Shown: one piece after another, positions 52,298 through 64,000 of the stretch
How the letters are laid out: each line of letters begins with the position of its first letter
Numbering within the stretch: the first letter of the stretch is position 1
Translations under genes and position numbers: made by a program
The notes under the pieces: generated by a model
What the model was told of the DNA's origin: nothing
Databases searched by the model: none
Seen by the model: the letters and a program-made list of their open reading frames with translations, nothing else
NCBI GenBank assembly: GCA_051362555.1
Contig: CM120647.1
Span: 6,014,001-6,078,000 of the forward strand
Length of the DNA: 64,000 nucleotides
Direction: 5' to 3'
Source of the DNA: Lingula anatina
Taxonomy: Eukaryota; Animalia; Brachiopoda

Positions 52298-52477
52298 CAG
52301 GCCCGTAGCCGTGGGGGGGGGGGGGGGGGGGGGGGGGGGTTCGAAAGAACCGCCCCTTTTGCTGGGAAAAGGTCCACTCTGGGTAAAATTTGATCTAGGT
52401 ACATAACATTTTTATGGGAAAAGGTCCACTTTTTCAGAAAAAGAACCCCCCTTTTGAAATTGCTGGCTACGGGCCTG
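52298..52477. mobile_element. CAG..CTG MITE family C, nested in the large Kolobok-like element
   Basis: CAGGCCCGTAGCC...GGCTACGGGCCTG; TSD TATCA/TATCA. Confidence 0.85.
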
Positions 52478-54279
52478 TATCATATGTATCACTAGGAGCT
52501 TAGTAAATTATCATATTCATTGAACGCGATGAATTGTACATACAAACTCTCCCGCTCAAAGTTACGGCTTATATCACGTGACAACTGCTGTTTCGCGGGA
52601 ACTATAAACATCCACAATACATTCACTACATACTGCACATAATCACCTTACAGCGGGGCATTTTTCTACCATAAATGCTTAGAGAATCCATTCGGTTTGC
52701 CTAAGGCGAAAGTGGGTGTAAACTCCATTCATGAGCCGTCTGAGGCTTTATGAGCGAGGCAATGTATTCCGGCGTATAACGATACCGTGATTGGTTACCG
52801 CAGGATATGCTTGGTCACTTCATTTATCGTCCGGCCAATGGTGGACACGAGAAGAGAAAATGTTGTCACTGCAAGCCACCAGAACTAACCGTAATCCAGA
52901 TGAATGAGGTTAGCCCCAGTGTTTTTCGAGTAGGCGACAATCAGTCCGACTTCCCATGGTATAGAGTGGAGTGCCAATCAGTTCTAGCAGCCTCGGTGTG
53001 CTCTATTGAGAACGGCATGCAATGACACATTTATGGGAGAAAGTTGTAAAAACTTAAAATCCTGAAAATATTGCTTGCAATTTCTCATCAAATTTAGTCC
53101 AAATGAAAAAATGATCAAAATGAAATCAGGTACAGTCCTGAAAACTTTTACCAACGCCCATAAACACAGTAGCGGATCCGGGGGAGGAGAGGGGGCACGA
53201 ACCTTCCCTCAGCTGTTGAATTACACCCTCAACTCCAACAAACACAAACACACACAAAATGTATAACTAACAAAACAGAACAAAATCGCGAAAATTTTCC
53301 TTCCCTGTGCTCTATATATTATAGCAAAATTGCCTTCGAAATGTGTTTCATATTTTCTATCTTTGGCCTCCCCCCAATAATAATCCAAGTCCAGCCAGTA
53401 CGAGGCGTCACGTGTGTATAGACCTTATTGATATGATATGGGGGCACGTCAGACCCAGCACCATGGCAACAACCCTCAGTTAAAGTGATAACAACTTTTC
53501 GCATGAGATCCATATTTCACAATAAATACATTGTAAAAAACTCACAGAAATATAACAAATTCTATTTTACCACCAAAACGGTGGTTATTGCATTTATTCT
53601 GGGATTTGTGCTTTTACCATCAAACCACGTGGACCGTCATAGATAAGTATATCTCTATAATAATCTCTTGAGGGATTTGTGAAAAAAACATGGACTAACT
53701 TTAAATGTAGGAATGCAATCATTAACCATTGGACAATATGGGAAAATCGTCGTTTGCCCCAGGAAAATTCCTTCTTTTTTTTTTTTTTTTTTTTTTTTTT
53801 TTGCAAAAAAGAACCGCTGTTTTCCCTTTAGGACAACAGCCCTGCTTCCTTACAAAAACATGAGTTACGGGACGGTGCCGCATACTGGGTTATATTTGAA
53901 TATCAGGTTGGCATATTGTGATAATGTTAAGTAGGTCATGCTATCCACAACGCACAATGTTATCAATTTTATCGAAAATAACTAATACATTCTATCACAA
54001 ACTGCAAATGAAAAGATACATTGCCCTTCCATTGTTTTCGTTTATGCACGTTTATTATTAGATTCATGTTGAAATCGGTTCGGACAAGGACTAGTTTCGA
54101 TCGGTTATCTGAATCAGATTAAGTCATTCACTGCGCCTACTAAAAAAAAATTAAGTCAAGTTCCCTGGCTAAATAAGAACTTAGTTACCAGGGTTTCATG
54201 GTCACATGTGCATGATCAGTGTAATAGCACTCTCATGGAAATCTTAGTCAACTAAGCTAGGGAACTGAATTAAGTTTTT

Positions 54280-54314
<35 letters not shown>

Positions 54315-55464
54315 TGAAACCGGGGCCTGAACATTTCACCATTGTGAAATGCCATAAAAGTGACTCTGAGTCACGAAATTCGCATTTTGTGACACACTTC
54401 CTATGATTCAGACTTGCCGCATTATTTTTGATGTTTGTACCCAAGCCCCCTCTAACGTGAAAGTAAAAAATAAACAGTATAATAAAAAAAAAGGTTATAT
54501 AAAACAGTTCCGCAACAGTCACTGGCATGACTTAGAGGGTCACTTTTGTTTAAAGAATAATACATGTAACATTTAAACACTGGACCAATACGGTCGAAAG
54601 CACGTGTAATTCTGGTCTGAACGCGGCTACGGACTATTCTACACGTATGCCAAATGATAGACGTCAAAACATTTCTTGAGGCCAGAAAAAATTAATAAGA
54701 TGGTTAAAGGGGGGATAGTTCTTTACAATAATGGGTCCAGTTCATCAACAGTGGATAGTACTATCTTAAAGCGGTATCACTGTCCATTAGATAAAAGTGT
54801 TATCCTCTGGACAGTCATCATGAGGATAGCAGCCATTTTTAACCACTGGATAGCGCTGTTATCTATAAATAAAACAATATCTAGCGCTAGGGAAACGGCA
54901 CTTTACCTACAGATACCATAGCGCTATCCAAGTTTCAAGTTTTTTTCGTATTTCAAGCCTTCAGACACAGAATATATACCCTCTACCAGAGCCGCAGTTA
55001 TCATTATTCTGTGGTCATTTTTTGCAGAAGGCAGGGATTAGCCATTTATTTAACCAGAGACTAGTGAAAAATCAATCTGTGGCCCTGGTAAAGGGTAAAG
55101 TACATAGTTCAACACATTATTTTATAGGATGAAAATATAATAAATGTTAAACAAACGTTCTTCATTATAAATATGAAAATAAAGATACACAAACAAGGTC
55201 TTGTTATATTTTTTTTTCTTTTTCTGTTACAATGATATAAGTAAGCTGCCAATCTTTTTATGAAGTCACTGTTTCGCGAAGAAAAAGCGTCTGTTATGGT
55301 CATTGTTTGTATGTCTGGTATTTTTTTTAAGACTGTAGGTAAACACACTCTTGCATGACATGAATCCCGTTTTAGATATAACTATATCCTTTTGAAAAAC
55401 AAGCGATGCATAATCTATTTTCTGCCTCTGTGTTGTTATAGGGTCCCTTTTTAACTTGAAAATC

Positions 55465-56839
55465 AGTTACTTGATATTACTTGCCCCCCCCCTAGTTACT
55501 TGATATTACTTGCCCCCCCCCCCTAGTTACTTGATATTACTTGCCCCCCCTAGTTACTTGATATTACTTGCCCCCCCTAGTTACTTGATATTACTTGCCC
55601 CCCCCCCATTACTTGATATTACTTGCCCCCTCTAGTTACTTGATATTACTTGCCCCCCCTAGTTACTTGATATTACTTGCCCCCCCTAGTTACTTGATAT
55701 TACTTGCCCCCCCCTAGTTACTTGATATTACTTGCCCCCCCTAGTTACTTGATATTACTTGCCCCCCCCTAGTTACTTGATATTACTTGCCCCCCCTAGT
55801 TACTTGATATTACTTGCCCCCCTAGTTACTTGATATTACTTGCCCCCCTAGTTACTTGATATTACTTGCCCCCCCCCTAGTTACTTGATATTACTTGCCC
55901 CCCTAGTTACTTGATATTACTTGCCCCCCTAGTTACTTGATATTACTTTCCCCCCTAGTTACTTGATATTACTTGTCCCCCTAGTTACTTGATATAACTT
56001 CCCCCCCCCCTAGTTATTTGATATTACTTGCCCCCTTAGTTACTTGATATTACTTGCCCCCCTAGTTACTTGATATTACTTGCCCCCCTAGTTACTTGAT
56101 ATTACTTGCCCCCCTAGTTACTTGATATTACTTGCCCCCCTAGTTACTTGATATAACTTCCCCCCCCCTAGTTACTTGATATTACTTGCCCCCTTAGTTA
56201 CTTGATATTACTTGCCCCCCTAGTTACTTGATATAACTTCCCCCCCCCTAGTTACTTGATATTACTTGCCCCCTTAGTTACTTGATATTACTTGCCCCCC
56301 TAGTTACTTGATATAACTTCCCCCCCCCCCCCAGTTACTTGATATTACTTGCCCCCCTAGTTACTTGATATAACTTCCCCCCCCTAGTTACTTGATATTA
56401 CTTGCCCCCTTAGTTACTTGATATTACTTGCCCCCCTAGTTACTTGATATAACTTGCCCCCCCCTAGTTACTTGATATTACTTGCCCCCCTAGTTACTTG
56501 ATATTACTTGCCCCCCCCCCCCTAGTTACTTGATATTACTTGCCCCCCTAGTTACTTGATATCACTTGCCCCCCTAGTTACTTGATATTACTTTCCCCCC
56601 TAGTTACTTGATATTACTTGCCCCCCTAGTTACTTGATATTACTTGCCCCCCTAGTTACTTGATATTACTTGCCCCCTCTAGTTACTTGATATCACTTGC
56701 CCCCTTAGTTACTTGATAATTTGCCCCCCTCTAGTTACTTGATATTACTTGCCCCCCTAGTTACTTGATATTACTTGCCCCCCCCCCCCCTAGTTACTTG
56801 ATATTACTTGCCCCCCTAGTTACTTGATATTACTTGCCC
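55465..56839. repeat. Minisatellite, about 50 copies of TAGTTACTTGATATTACTTG(C)5-13
   Basis: Directly visible tandem array; unit length varies mainly through the C run. Confidence 0.97.
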
Positions 56840-56986
56840 ATGTTTTCCTACAATTGTTGTCAAACTCTAACATAAGAATATAATATGCCCTTGGAAGTCT
56901 ATCTGTATCCATGTGCAAAAGTCTAAACCAATACTTAATACATTTTGTGTGATAATCTACATCGGATACCGTCCACAGTCATCTAG

Positions 56987-57193
56987 AGAGCATTCACATC
57001 GAGAAGAGCTGAGATCTAGCAAGGCCGAGACCTAAACATGGCGGACCTACATGAAAGGAAGACCGCGTAATCCTTTAATAGTGACATTCATTGAGAGACC
57101 ATTTAAAGATTACGCGGTCTTCCTTCCATTATGTCCGCCATATTTAGGTCTCGGACTTGCTTAACCTCGGCTCTTCTCAATGTGAATGCTCCC
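56987..57193. mobile_element. Palindromic Harbinger-type MITE
   Basis: GAGCATTCACAT..GAGAAGAGC...GCTCTTCTC..ATGTGAATGCTC, with extended inverted arms. Confidence 0.75.
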
Positions 57194-59767
57194 TTAATAT
57201 TGCCACTTGCCGCTGTACTTGCATAATCTGAAGCCATGAGTAACCTTTTACAAAACTTCAAATTTCCGTTGGTCAATTGGAAATTATACCACTTAATACC
57301 AAACTAATTAATACCCAATGATTAATTTCCATTAAAAGTAAATAAAATTTGATTTCCTCAAAATTAGGGATGGTCGCCTCAGTTCATTACCGTATCCATG
57401 TTGTTCGGCCTTATCGAAATTGCTGTCATCATGTACTGCTGGCTTTTGTTGATTTAACAGATCATTTGAGGTCTGAATTAGCTAGTAGAAGGCTTAGGGT
57501 ATAGATCAAACATGTAATCTTTCCGATGACTGGTTTGAAAATATTTTGAGTGACAAAGCCTTAGGGTTTCAACATATGTCAAGTACAATTTTATACATGT
57601 ATAAATATTTATAAACCAATTCTTGTTGAAGTTTTGTGAGGACAAGCGATCCTTTATGGTAAGTTTACAACAGATAAAGGAATAACTGTTGCCATATAAA
57701 TCTTATTCAGCCACTTGTAAATCAACTTGACACAGTTTTGAATCGCGCGCAACCCGGATGTCTGTGCGAGAAATAAAGTCAAAGGGAGGGCGGGAATTGA
57801 AAACCCCATGCCTGAGAGTTAGCGTGAGAACAGGACTTTTTTATTTTCCCAGATTCTTACAGAGTTATGGCAGGTGCCCAGTAAAGGAGGATCACGGTTG
57901 GTTCGGCAGAGAAAAATAACCTAGTAACCTAGAGAAAAAAGGGGGAAATAAGTTTTTCGCGGGAAATCATAAACTGTGCACCTTTAAATCAACAATAAAA
58001 CTGGATCTTTCTGTTTATGTAGATGAAATAGAAATAAAACTTAAAAAAAAAGGTCCATTTCGGAACTTCACGGAATACTTTAGTATTTATCGAGTTTCTG
58101 TGGCCACGAAGAACGCTCGAGGAATACAAAAGATGCCGGAGAGTTTTCACTGTCTTTTTACAAAGGTCCTTTTTACAGCACACTTAGGAGGAAATACATT
58201 TTTAAAAAACTGATCACGTATATCATTTAACAATGTTAAAATTGCATAAAATAGGGAAGTTCTTATATTTGCATCCGGATTAAGATAAGGGTTACTTTGA
58301 GCTGTCTGTAGCAGAGAGATAATCGGGAAATGCATGGTGACATAGCTACCACTAAATACAAACTGAAAGCCTTTTAAGCCGAACGTCAATTTAAGGAAAA
58401 CTATGAAAAGGCTAGCTAATTGATACAGACTGCCTAAATTCCGCATAAGAGAACACACGACTAATATAGGCATTGAAATGGGTAGGCTTGAAATAGTGGC
58501 AAAAGCAGACAGGATTTGTAATAACTGTCGCACTCAGGAAATAGTACATGTAGTCCAAACCTACTTACTTGATAGTTTGCCATCTTTGTACCGACCTGAG
58601 GATTAATCCCTGTCCATTGCACAAAAGAAATTGCAAAAACTTTGAGCATTTCAGCATTAAAATAGGCACATTTATAAAAAAAATAGAGGCAAATTTAGCA
58701 TTTGAGCAGCAAAGAATTGCATACATTCGTTGCCCTGGTAAACAATAAAAACGATATGCTTGTGACATTCAGTGCCTAATAGGGCATAAAGCGACATGCT
58801 TTCTAGTGGGTCGCCATAATTGATCCGCGGATCTGTTAGTCCGCTGTTCTGAATGTGCGCTATCTAAGGGGCCATTCCCAGACCCTATCATACTAACTAT
58901 AGATCGATCTATCTCCAAGGGGATTCTTGATAAATTGCTTTATGCTTAAGCGGCTTGGATGTCTGTCACGCCTACTGAAGCTGATAGTGGGTAATTTTAA
59001 TTAAAATTATAGTTTAGCAGCCTCGGTGGGCGTGCCAGACATCCAAGCCGCTTAAGCTGAAAGCAATTTAGCGAGAATCCTCTCAGAGATAGCTCGATCC
59101 GCAGTTAGTGAATGAGCCCTAAAATGCTTGAATATCAGTGCATTGCACATTTCCACTGGCACGTGCCACTGCGTTAACTACAGAGATAGAATTGATTTGA
59201 TATTTGATATAGCGGTATAGCAGGCCTATTTTGTTACACAAATGTAAGCCTTTTATTCTGACGAACAGTAGGAGTAAGAGATTAAATTAAAAGATTTACA
59301 CAAAAACAAAACAAAAGATGTAATAATAAAAGCTTCTTATCGCCCCTGGTCCTTAATTAGGAGTCTCCATATTAATCAGTATATTAGAGAAGGAAGTGGA
59401 CTTTAGCCCTGTCGCTCTAATGTACATATACTCCGTACAAAAAGTTCACATGCATCAATGGCGGATCGAGATCACCCCCCGCCCCACCCGACCTCTTCTT
59501 ACCCACTCTCCTAGCTTCAGAAATTACTCCCATCTTCCCTTCTCCCTCTTTCCCTCCCCAAAACAGTCAAAAAAGCGACAACATGTGAAAAAAGGCACGA
59601 TTTTACCGACCCTGTACCCCGACATGAGTTTGCTTGTCCTCGAGTGCGCCGCCTGGTGTCTGTATGACACAATTATGCTTCTCGAAATACAGATTTGCAC
59701 TCTTGCAGTAACACAGTGCGTACAAATATATACAACCACTTGCACTTAAAAAACAGCAATTACTTAC

Positions 59768-60090
59768 AAGTATATCGTTGCTGCCCTGAATCAAAAGAAA
59801 CTTCAGCGACTTGATCGAATTCTATGTCTTCTTCAGGAGAATCGAAAGCCGAAGACAGACAGATCTGTATAACTACTGAAAACCACTTCAAACTTGTGCG
59901 TAGTTCCTTCCCGCCTTAGTTACTGATTTCCGTGCACGAAACTTTCCTGCTTCGACGCAGAAGAGATCTAGGGGTAGTCTACCATTTAGGCTTGTGTTTT
60001 TGGTTCACTTCCTTTCAAACCGAGCTGTATGTTTCTATATGTTTTAAGGTCACTCGAACAAGGAAGTAAATTTTTACCTTGTTTCCTTGC
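59768..60090 (-). promoter_or_regulatory. Candidate non-coding first exon/promoter of the CABIT-SAM gene
   Basis: Consensus donor GTAAGTA at 59767-59761 (minus strand) and clustered ETS cores (ACTTCCT about 60007, AGGAAGT about 60061, several TTCC). The first coding exon begins with an acceptor at 48633-48635, so an upstream exon is expected. Inference only. Confidence 0.3.
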
Positions 60091-60743
60091 TGTGTTATGC
60101 CAACACCACCTCAAGTCACGTGAATGCTCGTGAACTCCCTCAGGTGAATAGCAAAGGGAATGCTTTTTCAACGCCCTACAACAAAAACATTTGCTTATTC
60201 CGACCAAGTATCCCTTTGCTCTAACAAATATGAAACTAGGTCATGCAACTTTTAGGATATGATCTAGTTTACTTATTTGTTTAGAACATATTAATCGGGC
60301 GTAAAATCGGTCATTGAGATATAGTGGTAATGCATTGCATGTCGGTATTTTTTCATTATCTTGTGATTTTTGGTCGCGTCATTCAGAGTCACGTTTACAC
60401 TTATTCAAAGAGATCGGTAACTGCCTGGTGCGCTCCGACTGCACTCTTACAGTGTGGGCCTTTCTTGTGTGTTATCTGCTGTTGTGAATAAATATATAAT
60501 TTAATTAAAAAATCTAATAATTACATTCATGTTTTGCAACTTTGGATTGCGCTAGTAGGATAATTTTTTTGTCTTGTTTCATCGAAAAACTAGGTGAAGT
60601 TGACATTTTACGATTTATGGCCCGTCTTAACGGGTCTGTCCCATCCTAATGTGATTGCACGTCCATCCGGGGATAAAAAAAAATTCGTGCACATACATGT
60701 AAGTTCTAATACTTTGAAATACACTTGTTTTCTATGCCATATA

Positions 60744-62404
60744 CAGACTTGACATTTAATATGGAATATTTCAGTTTTAAAGGTATACCTAGGAAAAAAT
60801 GCGTTCTTTTTTCAAAAAATTCAGATCTCATATAAGACATCTGACTGGAGAAGTGTGAAGTCAGGTGTGTCGCTGCCAATTAACTGACTACCAAGTCTGT
60901 TGCACTGTTGCCTTGTGTAATATGCACTGATTTAATTGGGCAGTGCTCCTTTGGGCTGGTCAAAGCTTGGCTATGGTGAAGCATGGTTCTGTCAAAAAAG
61001 TATCCATATGTCGGCAACTACTGTATAGAAGAATTTGAAATTTTACATGCAAGCGGTCGGTTTTGCAGTGCGTAAAATGAGTTAAGAAGTGTTTTACAAA
61101 ATTGTCAAGCTGTGCCAGAATGGCACGAAAAGCACAGACATTGCCAGACAGATTATTGTGTCAAACGGAATGGTCTATACAGTTTTATAGAGTAATGCCC
61201 AGACTGATGTACCTACACAGAGACCACACCCAATGCATCGACGTCTTACCACCAGGGTACAGGACTCACTGTCCTTCAGGATATGCTGCTGCAATTAAAC
61301 CAAAACCACCCAGTCCATTTTGAATGAGGGGCAAATTGTCACCAAAACGCGTTTTTCAAGGCTCTTAGCGAACACCAAACTGGTTTCAGCAGGTTAAGAT
61401 ACCAGATGACCTCTGAGGAAGCCATTGTAAACAGCAAGGCAGCGTAGTCTGTTTCTCTAATGAATTGGGGGCCATGACCGTTTCTGGGTAGAACACTGAA
61501 ACCGCGTGGCATTCTTTATTGGGGTCAGATTTCACCTGTACCGCTAAACTGGTCTAAACAGAGTTTACAGACATCCTGAAGAGGCCTACGACGAAGCGTG
61601 TGCCACTTCTTAAGTGACTAAGGTCATTGACAGTGTCAGTATTTGGAGTGGAAACCACATTGGTGCCAAAACACCAATGGTACTCATCGATGAAAACCTG
61701 AACCAGATCATATAAAGGAATAATCTGGGAACCACTTGACTATCATTTGATAGGGGGCACCTTAGGAACAATTTAAGGTTGCACGATGAGATTGCCGGTT
61801 CACACAGAGCACTTTTTATAGCAGATAACCTACAGAACCAAGGGAATGAGTAGCTACCTTGGTCATCTAAATCACCATAATTGAACCACATAGACAATAT
61901 GTCGGTAGGTCATTACTCCCCGAATCAACAGCCTGCATGTCCTACAACAAAACTGAGCCAAATTGGACAAGTTTTAACGGTTGCCTGGAATTTTATTTCA
62001 GATTAATCTCTAAAAATCTATCATAAGGAATACCTTGCGGCTTGAAACCTCTGGTAGCAGCAAGATGAGGTCAAGCGTAACAGCGACTGTTGCTTTGACC
62101 AGACACTGACATGGGGGGCCTTTGTGGGACATGTAATTCTTTTAAAGACAATAATTAGGAAAATATGGAGATCCAAAATATCGCTATCAATGGTTGTCGT
62201 ATGACTTAAAATAGGCAATGTATTTTTGTATGTTTCACTGGCGAATTCAATTAATGAACTGATGTCACACTGACATCGAATAGATTATCAAAAGTTATGA
62301 AAACATGATTTTAATCCTTATTTTCATTTATCAGTCAGCAAAGTAGGAAAAAAACTGATAAATTATGATTTGGAAAAAATATTCCATATTAAATGTCAAG
62401 TCTG
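60744..62404 (+). mobile_element. Tc1-like transposon, 1661 bp, decayed transposase
   Basis: Perfect 28-bp TIR CAGACTTGACATTTAATATGGAATATTT with TA TSD. Degenerate transposase peptides on the + strand: KTPMVLIDENLN (about 61670) and LPWSSKSP*LNHIDN (about 61854; compare the Tc1 consensus WPxxSPDLNPIE). Confidence 0.85.
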
Positions 62405-63434
62405 TATATTTAATGACGAGGAGAAATTATTCTGATGCTGATTCACAGTGAACAGCACATACCACCATGATCGAGTCTTTCCCTCCTGCTTCATTTAGTT
62501 ATCTATACTGATATCCAAAAGTTAACAACTCCTAGTTGCGTTTCAATATTAAAGAAAAAAAAAACGCCCGTGTCGCTTAAGCCGAAATTTGTACAGTGTG
62601 ACTTCACTCGGAACTACTCGGGTGTCTCCACACTCGACAATGGAGCTTGTGGAATGAGCCGAGGATTGCCGATTGGTGTGACTTATCATGTCGCTACTAT
62701 CTCGCCGCCTCTGTCTCGACGTGATGTAATGCAGACGAGGTGAGAGCGATTTTCAAGTGGGACGGGATAATCATATAGTAAAAAGTCAATGAGTATACAT
62801 TTCGCTGACAGAAATGGACAAGGACCCCCCCCCCCTCCCCTCCATGATATTTCTTGCACATATCACGTGTTTTAAAAAGGTGAATGGGACTATATGCAAC
62901 CGTCCACACATTGCCTCGGCTCCTTCTAGTTCGTGGAACGGCGGGCCTATTTTTTTCAAAAAAATAAATTGGTGTGTTACTTCATCTAAAAAGAACGCGA
63001 TAGAAACATGAAACCAGTCATAGATACGTAACAAGGCAAATAAAATCGTCTTGTTTATTGATTTAATTATATGCGTAACAACTCCGAGCTACTGGAAAAT
63101 AAATAGACCTTAAGTTGTTATCGCAAAAATACTCTCTGCCACTTTCTGCGTCACTAGATTATCAGTAAGCAAAGTAGACGGATGGTTTTGATGTTTGCAC
63201 TTTTTTATTCAAGCAACCATAAACATTGGACTTAGTGTATGCAGCCCCGTACATATAATATAAAATATCTTCGTATGTCAATTCATTTGGACGTTCTGAA
63301 ATGGTATCTTGAGTTGGAGAACTGGGTATTAATAAAGTTGTGGTATTTTTTGGACATCCCCTGCGAAAATGTGTCTCATTTAACGTTCACTTACGGTTAT
63401 TAATCTATTATTAATCTATTCTAGAACATCTGGT

Positions 63435-63479
<45 letters not shown>

Positions 63480-64000
63480 GTTCTAATGTTGTTCTGTAAT
63501 GAATGTAACAGTTCGAGAACTATTTTTGGGAAGTCCTTCAGAATATGTCCTAGAACAGATTAAGAACATTTTTTCATTAAAAGAGAAAAACATTATGCTC
63601 CAGGACAGACTGAGCACCGTAAGTGAGCGGTAAATGAGACAAACTTTCGCAGGGAATTTTAGCAAAAAATCCATAGAGTCATTACTGGTGGTATACGGTA
63701 AAACTATAACACAAACTGAAAGCTACAGGTCTGACTTCTTCAACGTCTGAAAAGAAGCTTGTTTAAACACAAAAATGTTTTATCCCACGTACACATAAGT
63801 TTACACCAGATTAGCACTGGGGTAATGTAATACGTAAGGTAAGGTAATAAGGTCAAATGTAGCAATAACATTTATAACAAAAACCACCATGAACTGCAGC
63901 GTTGTTTTAGATGTAGGAAAATTTCTCTGCTGTTCCATTTACATGTACTTTACAGTCTTTTTTTTTTAATTCATCAAAGTTTTCATCTTTTTTTTCAGAA

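Larger units (their letters stand above)
49702..57983. mobile_element. 8.3-kb Kolobok-like non-autonomous DNA transposon with cargo
   Basis: TTAA flanks both ends (49698-49701, 57984-57987). The ~40-bp imperfect TIRs read AGGTGCACAGT(G/T)TA(G/T)GATTT..CC(T/C)GC(A/G)AAAAACT. A second, subterminal inverted repeat (GCAC.GAC.TCCGG.TT..CGCGATT..AAACTGTGTCAAGTT) lies at about 49902-49958 and 57712-57768. No transposase was seen. Confidence 0.75.

Noticed and set aside
55465-56839. CRISPR-like regularly spaced repeat
   Set aside because: The intervening sequence is only poly-C, with no unique spacers and no cas genes, in a eukaryotic context.
58147-58768. Cluster of short minus-strand ORFs
   Set aside because: No recognisable motif or consistent splice structure; possibly TE debris.
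63434-63476. Long poly-T runs (also about 6325, 22832, 53775) as retroposon tails
   Set aside because: No adjoining SINE/LINE body or TSD was seen; long homopolymers are common throughout the window and may be inflated by sequencing.

Overview
This is AT-rich animal (invertebrate-like) genomic DNA with GT-AG introns. I found no prokaryotic features, CRISPR arrays, rRNA or tRNA. Four protein-coding genes can be reconstructed by hand. Two are tandem SLC22/Orct-type MFS organic-ion transporter paralogs on the minus strand (about 2.1-12.7 kb, last exon not found; and 26.9-33.1 kb, complete, 574 aa). The third is an antisense gene with an intronless CDS (8248-9549), nested in an intron of the first transporter and encoding a 433-aa type II membrane protein with a DXD motif. 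The fourth is a minus-strand CABIT + Tyr/Pro-rich + SAM adaptor of GAREM/THEMIS-like architecture (42.9-48.6 kb, 554 aa). The rest is dense with DNA-transposon relics: palindromic Harbinger-type MITEs, CAG..CTG MITEs with 5-bp TSDs, EnSpm-like and Helentron-like elements, a decayed Tc1, an RTE fragment, and two TTAA-flanked Kolobok-like elements. The larger Kolobok-like element (8.3 kb) carries a 529-aa ORF with 11 x 26-aa repeats and a 1.4-kb minisatellite. The most unusual observation is that both SLC22 paralogs carry, just inside intron 1, a fossil copy of the 3' end of coding exon 1. Its codons differ mostly at synonymous/third positions while the adjoining intronic donor sequence is essentially identical. 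All family assignments come from motif recognition only; no searches were run.
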